Part shown: piece after piece, positions 30,482 to 32,000 of the stretch
Position numbering within the stretch: position 1 is the stretch's first letter
Layout of the letters: every line of letters begins with the position of its first letter
Source of the DNA: Bacillus subtilis subsp. subtilis str. 168
GTDB lineage: Bacteria; Bacillota; Bacilli; Bacillales; Bacillaceae
Assembly: GCF_000009045.1 (NCBI RefSeq)
Contig: NC_000964.3
Coordinates: 3,060,001-3,092,000, forward strand
DNA length: 32,000 bases
Direction: 5' to 3'
The notes under the pieces: model-generated
What the model was told of the DNA's origin: nothing
Seen by the model: only the letters and a program-made list of their open reading frames with translations
Databases searched by the model: none
Translations under genes and position numbers: made by a program

Positions 30482-31489
30482 TCAGCTTTTCGCACTTAAA
30501 CTAGCCTTCATTTCTTCGACTGATTCAACTTCAAAGCCTAAATCACTCAGCATTTTATGATCCTCCGTCTCCTCTTGCCCGGCAGTTGTTAAGTAGTCTC
30601 CGACAAAAATGGAGTTTGCGGCGTAAAGCCCTAATGGCTGCAATGTGCGGAGATTGACCTCTCTTCCTCCGGAAATGCGAATTTCTTTTGATGGATTGAT
30701 AAAACGGAACAGCGCCAGCACTTTTAAACAATACAGCGGGTTTAATTCGTTGACGCCTTCTAACGGCGTGCCATCAATTGCATGCAAAAAATTCACAGGA
30801 ATGGAATCCGCGTCAAGAGCCTTCAAGCTTTTGGCGATGTCAATGACATCCTGTTTCGTCTCCTTCATCCCGATAATGGCGCCTGAACACGGAGACAGCC
30901 CCGATTCTTTTGCGATTTCAACCGTATTGACTCTGTCATCGTATGTATGTGAGGTTGTGATGTTTGAATGGTTTCTCTGTGACGTATTCAAATTATGATT
31001 ATAGCGGTCTACTCCTGCATCTTTGAGCCGCTTCGCCTGCTCTGGCTTCAACAGTCCAAGACATGCACAAATCTTCAGTCCATACGTCTCTTTAATTTCC
31101 TGAACCGCATCTACGACCTGATCCACTTCTCTGTTAGACGGACCTCTGCCGCTTGCCACGATACAATATGTGCCGATATTCAGATCGTGCGCCCGCTTCG
31201 CGCCTTCAAGCAGCGTTTCCTTATTCACCATCCGGTAAGACTCAATCGGCGCTTTCGAAATCGCAGACTGTGAACAATAGCCGCAGTTTTCCGGGCAGAG
31301 CCCGGATTTCGCATTCATAATCATATTGAGCTTTACTTTTTTTCCGTAAAAGTGTTTTCTGATGTGAAAAGCCCCGTGCATTAATAGCAAAATATCTTCA
31401 TCAGGACAATGTAATATTGAAAGCGCCTCTTCGTCAGTCACTTCTGCTCCAGCCAGCACCCGGTCTGCGAGTTCCATCCATTGATTCAT
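30482..31489 (-). CDS. bioB: Biotin synthase (radical SAM)
   Basis: CPENCGYCSQS cluster motif and NLNTSQRNHSNI. Start MNQWMELADRVLAGAEV at 31489 with GTGGGGG RBS in the bioD 3' end; gives 335 aa. Confidence 0.97.
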   Translation of the reverse strand: MNQWMELADRVLAGAEVTDEEALSILHCPDEDILLLMHGAFHIRKHFYGKKVKLNMIMNAKSGLCPENCGYCSQSAISKAPIESYRMVNKETLLEGAKRAHDLNIGTYCIVASGRGPSNREVDQVVDAVQEIKETYGLKICACLGLLKPEQAKRLKDAGVDRYNHNLNTSQRNHSNITTSHTYDDRVNTVEIAKESGLSPCSGAIIGMKETKQDVIDIAKSLKALDADSIPVNFLHAIDGTPLEGVNELNPLYCLKVLALFRFINPSKEIRISGGREVNLRTLQPLGLYAANSIFVGDYLTTAGQEETEDHKMLSDLGFEVESVEEMKASLSAKS

Positions 31490-31491
31490 TC

Positions 31492-32000
31492 TCATACCCC
31501 CACTTGATTCATCAGTAATGATAGATTGATATGGTCTTTTACCATATGTAGAACCGTTTCTTTCGTCACGTTGGCAAGCTTTGGCGTAACCCCTAAAATC
31601 GGCACACCGCATAAGCGCTCAATCATCTCAGGATTGGTTTTTTCATCTTCATCAGGAGAGTCACTGATTCCATTGATGATAATTCCGGCGATTGGAAGCC
31701 CCATGCTTTCTGCATATTTGACAGTTAAAAAGGTATGATTAATGGTTCCAAGGCGAGGACGCGCCACAATAATCATGGGAAGCTGCAACGCTTTTATGAC
31801 ATGACTGACCAAATAGTCCTCTCCCAATGGCACAGAAATACCGCCTGCACCTTCTACGATGAAGCATTCATGTTTTTCTCTAATCCGCCCCCAATGGCTT
31901 AAAACCTCTTCCATGGTGACAGTCTTTCCCTCAAGTTTCCCTGCAACGTATGGTGCAAGCGGCGCCTTGAAGGCAAAAGGCGTAATGTCTTCATGAGAAA
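31492..32000 (-). CDS. bioD: Dethiobiotin synthetase, C-terminal part, truncated by the window edge
   Basis: The frame stays open to the window end: SHEDITPFAFKAPLAPYVAGKLEGKTVTMEEVLSHWGRIREKHECFIVEGAGGISVPLGEDY. VEGAGGISVPL is the BioD signature. Confidence 0.95.
   Translation of the reverse strand, partial: SHEDITPFAFKAPLAPYVAGKLEGKTVTMEEVLSHWGRIREKHECFIVEGAGGISVPLGEDYLVSHVIKALQLPMIIVARPRLGTINHTFLTVKYAESMGLPIAGIIINGISDSPDEDEKTNPEMIERLCGVPILGVTPKLANVTKETVLHMVKDHINLSLLMNQVGV

Noticed and set aside
31526-31738. Small + ORF opposite bioD
   Set aside because: Shadow of bioD, whose product motif VEGAGGISVPL is unambiguous.

Overview
This window reads as ordinary Bacillus subtilis-type chromosome, recognised from protein motifs and gene order. 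I see no mobile element, CRISPR array, tRNA or rRNA. Gene order is: trmB (partial, -), ytzH (+), ytmP (-), amyX (-), ytlR (-), ytlQ (-), ytlP (-), ytkP (+), ytjP (-), pbuO (+), ythQ/ythP ABC exporter (-), ytzE (+), rsuB/ytzG (-), ytgP/murJ (-), ytfP (+), opuD (+), cse60/yteV (-), yteU-T-S-R-P (-), ytdP (+), ytcQ/ytcP (-), ytbQ (-), bioI (-), bioB (-) and bioD (partial, -). The least ordinary part is 18.6-28.4 kb. It is a pectin/rhamnogalacturonan-type catabolic locus whose ABC importer is split over two units (yteP versus ytcP-ytcQ) around a membrane-anchored AraC-type regulator (ytdP). No ATPase gene is present there. Candidate cre sites and a shared TGAC(A/G)ATATC motif lie in its control regions. 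Other regulatory observations are paired PurBoxes overlapping the pbuO promoter, an AU-rich hairpin between bioB and bioI, a candidate SigB promoter at opuD and a candidate SigE promoter at cse60. I found no convincing undescribed system. The remaining interest is in poorly characterised conserved genes (ytlQ, yteS, yteU, ytbQ, ythPQ, ytzE) and in the regulatory architecture.
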